Assembly: GCF_001194135.2 (NCBI RefSeq)
Contig: NC_068994.1
Coordinates: forward strand, 6,505,731-6,569,730
Source: Octopus bimaculoides
Lineage: Eukaryota
Length of the DNA stretch: 64,000 nucleotides
Reading direction: 5' to 3'
The stretch's first letter is position 1. Every line of letters starts with the position of its first letter. Position numbers and translations under genes: made by a program. Under the pieces are notes generated by a model. That model was not told where the DNA came from, searched no databases, and saw only the letters and a program-made list of their open reading frames with translations. Shown piece after piece: positions 12,131 to 24,983 of the stretch.

Positions 12131-14715
12131 CGTGTTATATATATATGTGTGTGTGTGTGTGTATGTTATATATTATAGACGCGAATGGGATTATAGTAGA
12201 TATGTGTATTGCGTATGTATCATCTGTAGATATATATGTACGAATATATAATATACAGATATGTATAACATATATATATATCCCTGGGTGTGATATACAC
12301 GTCATATACAGACACGTATATGCATATATACATACATACATACATATAGTTTTAGGGAAAAGAACCAAGGTTCATGAACTCATCGATGAAAATCCACTGT
12401 CACGTATAGAAAAATTAATAATTAAAAGCACAATAAATGAGTATACTATAATACAAAGTAAATATCATAAGATAAAGATAATATATATACATATATGTAT
12501 GTATACGCGTGTCTCTATATGACTTATATGTATAAATCTGTTTTATATTATCTTTGCGGCCCTAATCCACGTTTTAAAACTCGCCCGAAGTCCTCTTTGA
12601 AAGCTATCATATTTTGAAGAAGATATTCTTCACAGATCATAAGAAATCAATATAATAATACTTTATTTTTGTTTGGATCAAAATATCCCAAAACAATTTT
12701 AATTGATTTTTCTTTCTTTGTGTGATTTATTATTATTATTGTTGTTTCCCCCACTGATCTATTGAATCTCTCTCTCTACACACACATTGTCAACAATTAA
12801 CAATACATTCTTGCATTTCATATATCGTTGACATTTTTTGCACATTGGAGAAGCACATGCCGAAGGAATGAACGATGCAACAACCTTCTCGTTACAAGGA
12901 ATTCATTCCTAATTTAGAAATAATTATATTTCGAGATTGTTTTTCAGTGCAAGTGTTGAAATACGATATGATGTCTACTATAGTATATATATATATATTA
13001 TATGTGTGTGCGTATATTACAATTAAACAAAGAATCAATTATTCACTGCTTAAAATTAGTCAGTCTGGGGTGCCTCATTTATATCATAAAAATATTTCGA
13101 GCAAGAGGCAAGTTACCCCGGACTAGTTGAATATGCAAAAAAAAATTAAAAGCATTTGACAGGTTGCACATGAAGATCCGTTACTTTGGCAGAGACGGGT
13201 GTAGTCGCACTCTCGTGGGATTTAGCTGACTGGTTATTATTATTATTACTACTACTACTGCTGTTGTTGTTTAGTCACTGGTCAGCCTTGATTCAGTAAA
13301 TTTACCACCAGAGATATTCCTTTAATGACTATTTCGTTTTGTTTTACGAAGGATGGAGGTTTGGCCTTTTTTCTTTCTTTCTTTGACAAGTCGCAAGAAT
13401 AATTCGTTACTTTTAACAGAGCTAGTTGTTGTCACACTCTACTGAAATTTACCTTATCAATTACTATTGTTGTTCAAGCCACTGGTCAAGCTTTGACCAG
13501 TAGGAGACGTTCTTCGTGATTTGGCTGTTGTTTCTAGCGTGTCGCGCGTTCGCGTTGAGGTCCCCCCCCCCCACGTTGGTTTCGTCTCTTATCTTTTCTC
13601 GGACGAAAGGAAGGCAAAATCATTCTAATGAGAATTAAACACAACAGTTTAGGCACCGAACTATATAAGCAGCAAGGCTGTCTGTCTTTTCTCTTATCCA
13701 CTTACCATAGTTTCAAGTAGCATATTTGAGTACATTCCATTGTACTCTACAGTACTCTACCAATTATAGATAGATAGGTAGAGAGATGCATGCATATTTA
13801 TGTATGTATGGGTGTAAATGTGTGTGTGTGTGAATGTATATATGCATATAAATAAATGTTTATGCTTATGAATATATATGTCTGTATTTATCTACTATAT
13901 AAATGCGTATGCATTTATATACTCATAAATATGTGCACATATATATATGTGCGTATATACATATACTCGTGTATATGTATATACACATGCTCTCTCTCTC
14001 CTTCTCACACACAAGGTTATGGTTACTTCTAGAAGGTAGAGAACTCGCACACACGTTTAACTTATTAATTTTTATCATTGAAGTAATTGAAGGTACAATT
14101 CCTCACAGTGGCTGACCAATTCCATCCCTGTCAGTCGCCTGTTTTCGGACCATGTCTCAAAATCGCCTTCAAATCACACCTTCCTGGCTTAAAAAGCTGG
14201 GGAAGTATACATTGGATAATCAAGGCGCAGGTAGCCACGGTTGGAACGCTAATCATCATCGTTGTACCGAATTTAGGCTAAACACCATCATGCACACACA
14301 CACACACGATAGACAGACAGACAGATTGATATAGAGAGAGTGTGTAGTTTTTTTTTATCTAATTTTATTATAAATTAAATATTATGTATAATTAGTCGTG
14401 TAGCTAGTTAAGTGTGGGCGTGTGAACTGGTCCGCCCCGGGCGACGCTTTTATAGAGGGCGGCATTTTTGAGTCGGCTGTGTCAAATTGCATGAGTTCGG
14501 GGTCCCATGGTAGCGTGGGCGACAAACTGAAGAGCCGCCCCGGACAACACACACACACACTCTCTTTCTCTCTCTCTGCCACTGGCATGTACGTATGTGT
14601 GTGTGTGCGTATGCATGTCTATATCTGTGTATGCGTGTTTGTTTTTAAATGCATCGAGCTGTTTTCTGTATGAAATTCTATTTCCAATCTTGAGACTGCA
14701 AAATCAGTTCGTGAA

Positions 14716-14747
<32 letters not shown>

Positions 14748-17700
14748 GCACACTCACTCACACACACACTTACACACTCACACACACACACATACATTAA
14801 TCGTCCAATATGGCGTTTCGATATAAACAAAAATGAATCGATTAGTTTGTCAATAATGACATGTGTGTGTGTGTGTTGTCAGAGGCGTTTGGAAAATATT
14901 TTTTCATGTCTTTTAATTCATACCTGCTTTAACTGAAATTCAATCATTGCTGCACAATTTGACAGACGTCTACCGAAATACGATACGTTAGCACATGCCT
15001 GAATTTTTTTTTATTTCCTGACAATTCATCAACGCACACCATCATTTCGATCATGTGTGCGATTCACTCATTCGTGACGCTGGAACCGTTGTACAAATAA
15101 ACGCACCGTCTACGGTTGTTGTTTAACCCCAGGTCAGCTCTGATTGAGCAAACCGATGATCAGAAATGTTCTAGTCGTGATCATCCCGTCCTTGGGAAAA
15201 TTCGAAGCTAGGTTTCTCAATGTGTCATGTTTTTTTTTCCTTCTCAAAGATAAATGGTGTTACAATCTCGCTTACTTTATACACGCTGGGGAAACCGGTT
15301 TAAAACTCTCTGGCCTTCTGCGTTCTAGAGTTTATGGCAGAGCTAAGCCTAAGGCAGTAGAGGGAGATTTGACTGCTATTTTCAGAATGGTACAGCGACC
15401 GAATACAGAGTCGCTGTTTTTTATTTGTTGCATGGTTGCTGTTTGGCACCAAGTCAGTTCCTCATCGAACGAACCGATGATCAAAAGGCGTTCTCGCCCT
15501 AAATGGAGGAAATCTGCCTTGAGCGCCATTTCTGAATCTATCGCATTTTTTTAAAACGGCGATGGTGGGAGGGTTACAATTATTATTTTCAACAAGTGCA
15601 GTGACTGCCTATAGGATGGCTGTATTTATTATCATTGTTATTGTTTAGCAGATCAATAATCAATAACGTTGTAGCCGCGACCACTTCGTTTTTTGAGTAT
15701 ATCCAGGGCTACATTTCTCAATGTGACGTATTTTTCCTAAGAGGGAGTTTTGACTGACATCTTCAGCAGGCACGGCGGTCGCTTTTATTATTGTTGCAAA
15801 CTTACGATCAAAGACGTTCTAACCGTGACTGTGTATCTGTGTCTGTGTTTATAGATAGCTGTGTCCGTGTGTTGATAGATAGGTGTGTGTGTATGTGTTG
15901 ATAGACAGATAGGTGTGTGTGTGTGTGTGTTTATAGATAGATGTGTGTATGTGTGTCTGTCTGTGTTGATAGATAGATAGGTGTGTGTTTGTGTCTGTGT
16001 TTGTCCCTCTCGAACTCTTGACAACCTGTGTTGCTGTATTTACATCCCCGTAACTTAGTGGTTCGGCAAAAGAGATCAATAGAATATGTACCAGGCTTAA
16101 AAATAAACAGATACTGGGGTTGATTTGTTCAGCCCAAATCCTTCGAGGCTGTGCTCCAGCAAGGCCACAGTCTAATGACTAGAACAAATAAAAGACAAAG
16201 TCTGCATAGGTCATCACTTGAGAGAAAAACAATGATGTAATGTTTACCTTTCATGACATTATGACTGGTCACTTGATGCCTTCAAGGACCAATGGAATAT
16301 AAAAAAAAATCCTTTACTTGAAAAGAGATAAGATTTGGCAACAGGAAGTGCATTCAGTCATAAAGTACTACTTGAAATAAGTTTCCTGTCTACTCAATAC
16401 TAGCATTGTAGGAACAAACCCATATGTTCGTTTGTTCATTTAATGTCTAATTGTTTTGAGTAAGAGATGGGAGCTTGTCATTGTATTTGGTATTAAAATA
16501 AAAGCAGGCAGACCTAGATGAAAGACATTCTTTGTGTTGGTGATTCTTTTATAAGTGGGGGAGAAGGACTTGCACACAACTAAGTGTAAATTTGCATGTA
16601 TGTATGTGAAGGCGCATGGTTCAGTGGTTAGAGTGTCATGCTCACAATCATGAGGTGGTGAATTCGATTCCCAGACCGGGCTGTGTGTTTTGTTCTTGAG
16701 CAAGCCACTTTATTTTATGTTGCTCCAGTTCAATCAGCTGTAGAAATGAGTTGTAATGTCACTGGTGCCAAGCTGTATCAACCTTTGCCTTTCCCTTGGA
16801 TAAAATCGGTGGCATGGAGAGGGGAGGCTGGTATGCATGGCCGACTGCTCGTCTTCCATAAACAAACTTTTCTGGACTTGTGCTTCATAGAGAAAGTTCC
16901 TAAGTGCAATCCCATGGTTAGTCATGACCGAAGGGGATTTTTACCCTATGTGGGTGTGTTTGACAAGAAGAGGACTGAGGAAAGGTGAATGGCATGGGCA
17001 TTTAGATTTTGTTCAGTTCTCTCCTTTACAAATGTACAAGGGACTGCTGAAAGGTCCCTGGCTTTGGGTAAAAGAAAATAGAGGCGGATCAGTTAATTAT
17101 GATTTTATTCAACATATTCCCTTCTCAGGTTCACACACTTGTAGTGATCCTTCAGTTTTTCTATGCCCTGTAAAAAAACTCGAAAGGTTTGGCCTCCAAC
17201 CAAGCCTTTCATGACACCCTTAAAGCCAGGAACTTTTCAGCACCTCCTCGTATTTATGCCTGCAACTATGTCTAATTAATTTTCTGGATTTTTTCTTTTT
17301 TTTAGTTCTGTGAGCAAGTTAGTCAACACATTGAAAAGCTATCTTTCGATGCTCAAGACAGGGACCTCGATNNNNNNNNNNNNNNNNNNNNNNNNNNNNN
17401 NNNNNNNNNNNNNNNNNNNNNNNNNNNNNNNNNNNNNNNNNNNNNNNNNNNNNNNNNNNNNNNNNNNNNNNNNNNNNNNNNNNNNNNNNNNNNNNNNNNN
17501 NNNNNNNNNNNNNNNNNNNNNNNNNNNNNNNNNNNNNNNNNNNNNNNNNNNNNNNNNNNNNNNNNNNNNNNNNNNNNNNNNNNNNNNNNNNNNNNNNNNN
17601 NNNNNNNNNNNNNNNNNNNNNNNNNNNNNNNNNNNNNNNNNNNNNNNNNNNNNNNNNNNNNNNNNNNNNNNTTTTGTTACCATATCATCATCATCATCGT

Positions 17701-20700
17701 TTAATGTCCGCTTTCCATGCTAGCATGGGTTGGACGATTTGACTGAGGACTGGTGAACCAGATGGCTACACCAGGCTCCAATCTGATTTGGCAGAGTTTC
17801 TACAGTTGGATGCCCTTTCTAACGCCAACCACTCCAAGAGTGTAGTGGGTGCTTTTACGTGCCACCGGCACGAAGGCCAGTCAGGAGGTACTAGCAACAG
17901 CCACGCTCGAAATGGCATATAAAAACAAGAGCAATTTTTACTTGTTTATTTAAAATATATTTTAATATATAGTAAAATGCATGATATAGTTTGAAAAGAT
18001 ATAACAACAAAATATTTTTTTTAAAAATGCTACTATATTTCTGAAATAATTGGTACTGCCTTCCATTTTTTGTCTCATTTTCATTATTTCTTTTCAGATA
18101 TACAACAACATTGGCAAAAGGTGAAGCAAACAGATCCTGAACAACAGTGTAAGTTTTTATTTTTAATTATTTTATTTACCAACTCTGATTTTATGGATCC
18201 TCTGAAAGTTCCTTGGTAACCTTTTCATTTGAAATAATCTTATCCTTTTAAAAAAAAATTCATCATCATCATTTAATGTCCATTGTCCATGCTGGCATGG
18301 GCTGGATGGTTTGACCAGAGCTGGCAAACTGGGGAGTTGCACCAGACCCACCAGCTGGAGGCCTTTCCTAATGCCAACCACTTTTACAGAGTGTGCTGGG
18401 GCACTTTTATGTGGCCCCACACAGGCGCTTTTACATGGCACTGTCACAAGTGCTTTACCCCACCAGAGGGACCAGTCTTAACACTTCTTCTGCGGGGCAC
18501 GGGTCTTCTTGAGTACAGCAAGGTGCCAGGCATCTTGATCCTCTCACCTGAAAAGTTCAGCATTCTGAAGTCACTCTTCAGAACTTCATCCCATGTCTTC
18601 CTGTGTTTTCCACTTCCATTTGTTCCATTTGAGAGATCAGCACTTTTTTATGGAGCTGTCGGCATGCATCCACATCACATGACCAAACTTGCACACAGTA
18701 ACCAATTCCTCTTATGCCTAACTTCTCTTTCGGAACACTAGCACTCTGTTGAACTCGTAAACTTACATTACACATCTAGCAATGCATACTAGCCTCACTC
18801 CTTTCTAACTTTCCCATATCCTTTGCGCTCAAGGCCCACATCTCACTACCATGTTGAATTGTCTATTATAATTAATTTTAAATCAATAAAGTCATCCATT
18901 TTATTTTTTGTCTTTCTGTTTTCACAGTCAAAGAAAATTTACATGCTACCTCCCATGAGAAGTTTAAAGGACTTGTAGTGTTTCTGTGCCATGTTTATAT
19001 TACTATGACAACCGTGAAGGGAGAAACTTTCAGAGTCCTTGTCAATCCCATCTTTCAGTGTTTGGAAATGTTGTTGGAATCGGCTACAAGTGACGACCTG
19101 GAAATACTCAATAATTTAGTAAGAAGATTCCTTGTTACTTTAATTCTTTCATTATTATCATTGTCTACATTGTTCTTAAACATCATCCTCAACGTCATCA
19201 TCATCATTTTTTAACATTATCCTTCCATGTTGGTATGGGTTGAATGGTTTGACAGAAGCTGGTAAGTCACAAGACTGTGCCGTGGTTTTTGTGGCTGGGT
19301 GCCCTTCCTAATGCCAAACACTTTACAAAGGTCTACTGGATGCTTTTCAAGTGGCACCAGCACCATTGAGGTTACCAAGTAACTTGCAATGTGAGTAGTA
19401 TTAAGGGTGGTGGCTTTGTGCAGGTGATGAGAGGTCAGATCATGAATAAAGGGACAGGAATAGGTGCAGTGGAGGAGATACCTCAGCTGGAGAGAGTATT
19501 TGACTGTGGCCATGCTGGAGCACTGCCTTTGTAGTCGAGAAAATTGACCCCAGAGCTTATTCTTTGTAAGCCTAGTACTTAATCTATCAGTCTCTTTTGC
19601 TGAACTGCTAAGTGATGGGGGACGTAAACACACCAGCATTGGTTGCCAAGCGATGTTTGGGGGGGGGGATAAACACAGACACACGACCATATGTATACAT
19701 ATATACAACAGGCTTTTTTCAGTTTCTGTCTACCAAATCCACTCACAAGGCTTTGATCAGCCCAAGGTGCCACGCAGTGGGACTGAACCTAGAACCAAGT
19801 TGTTGGTAAGCAAGCTACTTACCACACAGCCACTCCATTTTAAAATTCTCTCTTTTGGATGATTAATTATATTATAATGACACCTCCCTGTCCGAGGGAC
19901 CCTCTACGTAATTATCCTGCTTGCTAGAAATCACACCTTACCATCTTAAAATGGGAAGGACATGGTAACCAATGTAGTTCTTGAGCTACAAAAATGACTG
20001 GAGTTTTTGAAATACATTTGATATTAGATCTGCTCAATCAGAGCCTAAACAAAAACCATGCAACACTCCTTTCCATATTAACTGCCATAAACTCTCATGC
20101 ATTCATTTTAAAAGCATGACTACTATGAGGTTTCCAAGAAATACCGGGATCCCTATAACCTTACGTTTCTTTTTCCCACTTCAGCTTCAAAGCGTGGGCA
20201 AACAGCTAGACACTGATGAACCTGACAAAATGCAAGACCTATTCAACAAAATCCGTTTGAAAATTATTCAAGGGTAAGACAACATTTTCTTGATTTAAAT
20301 AGTTATCTATTTTCTTTTGATCTATTTTTGTTGTATAAGAAAACTTTTGTGTCCGATTTACTTCACATCAGTAGTGGTGGTGATTGGCAGATGGCTGTAG
20401 ATTTAGAGAAAGTGCAAGCCATTTAGGGGCCACCTCAGAACCTCTTTGGTTCTTGTTTTACCTAGGAAAGATAAAGTTAACAATGGCAGGATTGTAACTA
20501 AGAATAATGCCATCTACTTACATTTGTGCTACATCAACCATCATCATTTAATGTCCATTTTCTATGCTGCCATGGATGGGTTGGATGATTTGACTGGATC
20601 TCATAAGGCCAGGGGCTGCAACAGACTCCATTATCTGTTCTGGCATGGTGTCTACAACTGGATGCCCTTCCTAATGCCAACCACTTTACAGAGTCGTACT

Positions 20701-21427
20701 GGGTGGTATTGTTATTTTGACAAGTCCTTTACTTGAAAAAGAGTTGAGTGTTAGCGACAGAAAGGGCATTCAGCTGTAATATATTTATCTAACATGAAAA
20801 AAAAACAAACAACTAGAGGTATAGTTCTGTGGGTATAGGGTTTGCTTTGTCAAACCATCTAACCCATGCCAGCATGGAAAACGGACATTAAATGATGATG
20901 ATAATAACATTTAAGAGATGAGGAATTACGTACATTAGACGGATATTTGTCTTCGTCTTGCCCACGGGCATATGGCATAGTAGTTAAGAGCACAGGCTAC
21001 TAACCCCAAGATTCCGAGCTCGATTCCNNNNNNNNNNAGTAGTTAAGAGCACAGGCTACTAACCCCAAGATTCCGAGCTCGATTCCAGGCAGTGACCTGA
21101 ATAGGAATAAGAACCCAGGTTCGAAATTTCCCTAAGACCCCTGATGAAGGCTGGAGGATATATCAGCCGAAATGTGTTAATAACAAACAAGATGAGGACA
21201 AATATCCGTCAAATGTAAATAACATTTGAATTAAAAACTTTGTGTCTATAATTATCCAAATATGTCAATGTCATTTTGATTTTTGTTACAGGTCCAGTCC
21301 GCAGGTGCGTTGTTACCTACTAGAGATTATAGAGATCCAAGCCCACAACTGGAAAATGCTTCCTTCTGACATAACTAGATTTTATTGTGATACTGCAGCA
21401 GATATTTTGGCTGGTATGGTAGTCTGA
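11784..21427 (+). CDS. MIF4G-domain protein of the CTIF/MIF4GD(SLIP1) family. Exons 11784-12023, 17306->17371 (runs into gap), 18098-18148, 18928-19118, 20185-20273, 21292-21427
   Basis: Starts MSTAVGRGRGRGRG with a donor after 12023. The 3' exons splice in frame to ...FLCHVYITMTTVKGETFRVLVNPIFQCLEMLL...LQSVGKQLD...RCYLLEIIEIQAHNWKMLP..ITRFY, which resembles the CTIF/MIF4GD C-terminal half as recalled. Exon 2 and the 51-nt exon are less certain. Confidence 0.8.
16607..16945 (+). mobile_element. tRNA-headed SINE (further family; a related piece lies on - at ~5290-5480)
   Basis: Head ggcgcatggttcagtggttagag...gaattcgattccc, then ttgagcaag...tgctccagttca..cagctgtagaaatgag. Confidence 0.75.
18470..18875 (-). 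mobile_element. RTE-type LINE 3' fragment in a MIF4G-gene intron
   Basis: The minus strand gives HGSEMWAL...LERSEASM...MCNV...KLGIRGI and TWDEVLKSDF, with stops and frameshifts. Confidence 0.7.
19499..19836 (-). mobile_element. SINE family A, near full length with an internal deletion
   Basis: Reverse complement of the family A head and tail. Confidence 0.8.
20931..21217 (+). mobile_element. tRNA-headed small element with a hammerhead-ribozyme-like core, bounded by 30-bp inverted repeats
   Basis: Inverted repeat 20931-20960 / 21188-21217 (27/30). tRNA-like head with A-box TGGCATAGTAG and B-box-like GAGCTCGATTCC. CTGATGA at 21141-21147, stem GGCTGG/TCAGCC, GAAA at 21169-21172. Confidence 0.65.
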
Positions 21428-23869
21428 GGCATTGAAGTAGCTTTTAGTCAACAAACAATGAAGATTGTCATAACAGTTGCTTCTTCCGAATCTCCCTCAA
21501 GCAACTACAAAAAAATTTAAAAAATAATTTTTTATTTTGTTTTTTTTTTATTATTTATAACTGTAAACCAATCAACATTGTTTAAGTTGTCTACCAAATG
21601 GAATTTTTGTAAACTTTCAATTAAATACTGATTACAGTTTTATTTGTTGTTCTTCTATATTCTCATTTAGTATTTCATCATTGTTTGGATTTTGTGTTCA
21701 GCCTCACTGCGTGGCACTTTGGGCATGTCTACTACTGAATTTGGCAGATGGAAAACGCACAAAGCCCATTGTATATGTGTCTATTAATATTTACTATTGT
21801 GCTTAGCTTGACATAGTTCTTAGCTATAGAAGATGAATTTGGATATTTCCTGTCAAGAAAATTATCCATTTAGCTCTGTACTTTTAAAGGCATTTGAAAT
21901 ATAAAATCCCTGAGGATCTAGCTACAGGAAGAGGTTTCCAGTTGCAAAAATAGTAACAAACAAATACAATTTAAAGAGAAAAAAACAGAACATTACTTGC
22001 ACGTCAGAAGGGCAGAGATCTGGGAAAAAAAGATTGTGTTTAATATCAAAATTTATTAAATTATATTATTTCTTTCAAAACGTAAATATTCCATCATTAT
22101 CATTTCATACAAATTATGTTAAGTGATATGGGAATTTATTTTCTTTCCTATCGATTGAGAGAGAAAAAAAAAAGATTTTTTTTTTAAAGACAAGCATCTC
22201 CAATGAACATATTATAAACAAAGACACAGACACACGTTTCTGTCAATACATTTTCTTTACAACTGAACTTAATAATAGACCTAAAATCTTTTGATCTTTT
22301 TTTTTTCTTGCTTGTTTGCTTTCAAAATAAATGCAAATTCTCTCCATGCTATTTATTACTGTGTTGTGATCAAGTATTGCAAACGCAAGTCAAAAAAACA
22401 CATTCCACAAACAACAAACTGCCCGTTCTGTAAGTGAAGCAAACCTCCTTGGTTTTAAATTGCAAATTATCAAATGAATATAAATGCACATTGGATTTTT
22501 TTTCCTTCTTAAAAGTTAAAATTCTAATGGAAGAAAAAACATTCTATCTTAAATACATATTTTAAGTGATAAAAGAAAAGAAGGGAGAAAACTTTAACAA
22601 TTTTTTTTTTTCTTTTTGGTCTTTTTAAATACTTTCCTCAGAAATTATACGACTGAAAAATTTCTAAATGTAATAAATCTGTTTATGCAATAATTAAAAA
22701 GTTACAAAGTATCCTAATTTTTAAAAGATTGTTATTTTTTTGGAAGCTACAAGAAAATATTGTATAGGTTACACGTGGTTTTGATCTGAAATTAATTTCA
22801 TATATATAATAGATGAAGAATGGAGTATATGGCATTACATTTATTCCATGGTTTACAATTTTTTCTACTACACACAGGAGACCAAACAGCATGTCTGTAG
22901 ACTTGGATGATAAAGATTTAGTCATATACATTGTGTAATGTATATTACATAATTGCTATGGCAGTCATGTAATCCTAACCAAGGAGATAAATATAATATC
23001 CTATATAGCATACATATATGGCTGTGTGGTTCACAACCATGTGGTTCTAGGACTCAATCCCACAGCATGGCAGCATCTTGGGTTAGTATCTTCTATTGGC
23101 TCAGGTCAACCATGGGCTTTGTATGAGAATTTGGTATACAGAAACTATATTAAAGTTTCTGTGTGTGCACAGATACATGTAAGTTGATATTTTGCATGTC
23201 AACTTTTGAGCAAATCACTGTTGATGTTGACATTATGACCAGTCACTTTTGAAATATAGGTCAGTGTTGGTGACAGTAAGAGCACCTGGCCATAAAAACC
23301 TGCCTCAAAAATCCATAGAAAAACAGATTTTACATACATTCGTGTGTATAAAATGGCTTTGTCAGGAGAAAGGAAACACTTATAACCCTTTCAGGGACTC
23401 AAAAACTAGCAGGAGAAAGTTATCATCACATCAGAAAATGGGCTCATATTGCTCATTATAGAATGGCCATGTTATGGTGTTAAACTAGCCAAAAAGTTAA
23501 GTTTAACATCAAAAAACACAGTTTCCAACTGTCAAATTTCACAACCCAATGCTTTGGTTACCACAAGGCTGATAAATGACATTTGCCCAAGATGCCACGG
23601 GGGGCAGGATAGTTTTGGAGCAAACCTTTTAACCACACAGTGCCATCTGTCATTTGAAAACATAACTAGACAATTAGTCCAGCAGTCTAACCCCAAAGCT
23701 GTTACCATTTAATATAAATGCTTTACCTATTCCAGCAAGTGGGCTTTGGCCATAGTGGGCCTACATCATTGAGATATTGTGTGTGCATTTATTTATTAGG
23801 TTCAGAATAAATTATTTCCGTTTTTTGAAAACCTTATATAATGTCAGCTGTCAATAAGTGTTGTTAATA

Positions 23870-24480
23870 ATAATCCTTTCTACTAATGGCACAAAGTCTG
23901 AAATTTGGGGGCGAGGGGGCTAGTCGATTATATCGACGCCAGTGTTTCACCGGTACTTAATTTATCAACCCTGAAAGGATGAAAGTCAAAGATGACCTTA
24001 GTGGAATTTGAACTCAGAATGTAATGACGAATGAAATGCTGCTAAGCATTTTGCCTGGCATGCTAACGATTCTGCCAGCTCGGCACCTTCATAATAATAA
24101 TAATAATCCTTTCTACTAAAGGCACAAGGCCTGAAATTTGGGGGTAGCGGGGGACAGTTGATTACATTGATCCCAGGGCTTGACTGATCTATCGATCCTA
24201 AAAGGATGAAAGGCAAAGCTAACCTCGGCGGAATTTGAACTCAGGATGTAAAGACAGACAAAATACCACTAGGCATTTCCTCTGGTGTGCTAACAATTTT
24301 GCCTACTCACCGCCTTAATAACAAGAAAAGTTTAGAATTTTGGCACAAGGCCAGTAATTTTGAGGGGACAAGGAAGTCGATAACATTAAAACCCAGCGCT
24401 CAACTGGTACTTATTTTATCGACCCCGAAAGGATGAAAGCTAGAATCAACCTTGGTGGGATTTGAACTGAAGTTGGCTTT
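23870..24480 (-). mobile_element. Cluster of about four tandem partial SINE family B copies
   Basis: Repeated gaaaggatgaaag...ggaatttgaactcag segments separated by (TAA)n. Confidence 0.75.
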
Positions 24481-24940
24481 ACTTTAATAATAATGTGCTG
24501 GAATGTGCTTGAAATGATTAATTCAAGCTAAATAAATACTTGAGTGAGGCAATTTGCTTCCACTTTGAAAGATCTACGAATTATACAGAGATATATATTT
24601 TTTAATTTATTCTAAAGGCAACTGAATAAAGACATGATAAATATTATAGTTCTAAGTCAAAGCAAATCTCATTTAATGTAATTAGACCAAACAATTCAAT
24701 ACTCATTAAATATATTATTGGACTAATTAGTGTAGAAGTAGTTTGATAGTCTTTAAGTATTAACTCCTGGTGCAATAAAAAAAAATGAATCAAATATTAA
24801 ACTAAACATCATGATGGTGGTGGTGGTGCTGTGCTGACATTTTCTTACAGAGCAAATGAAGCCTTAGAATTATGATAAATCTGGGAAATTGTGGCATTCA
24901 ACCATTTCCCATGAGCATTAGCAATGTAAGCTCTGACATT

Positions 24941-24983
<43 letters not shown>

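Noticed and set aside
17057-17230. Short inverted match cctggctttgggt / acccttaaagccagg with small internal hairpins
   Set aside because: Too short and imperfect to distinguish from chance.
20978-21086. Apparent 50-bp tandem duplication of the tRNA-like head
   Set aside because: Identical copies lie on either side of a 10-N gap, which is the pattern of overlapping contig ends.
24851-24925. Plus-strand exon-like segment (ttttcttacag ... AAT|gtaagc)
   Set aside because: All three frames contain stops and it lies beyond the MIF4G stop codon. At most a non-coding exon, and unsupported without RNA data.
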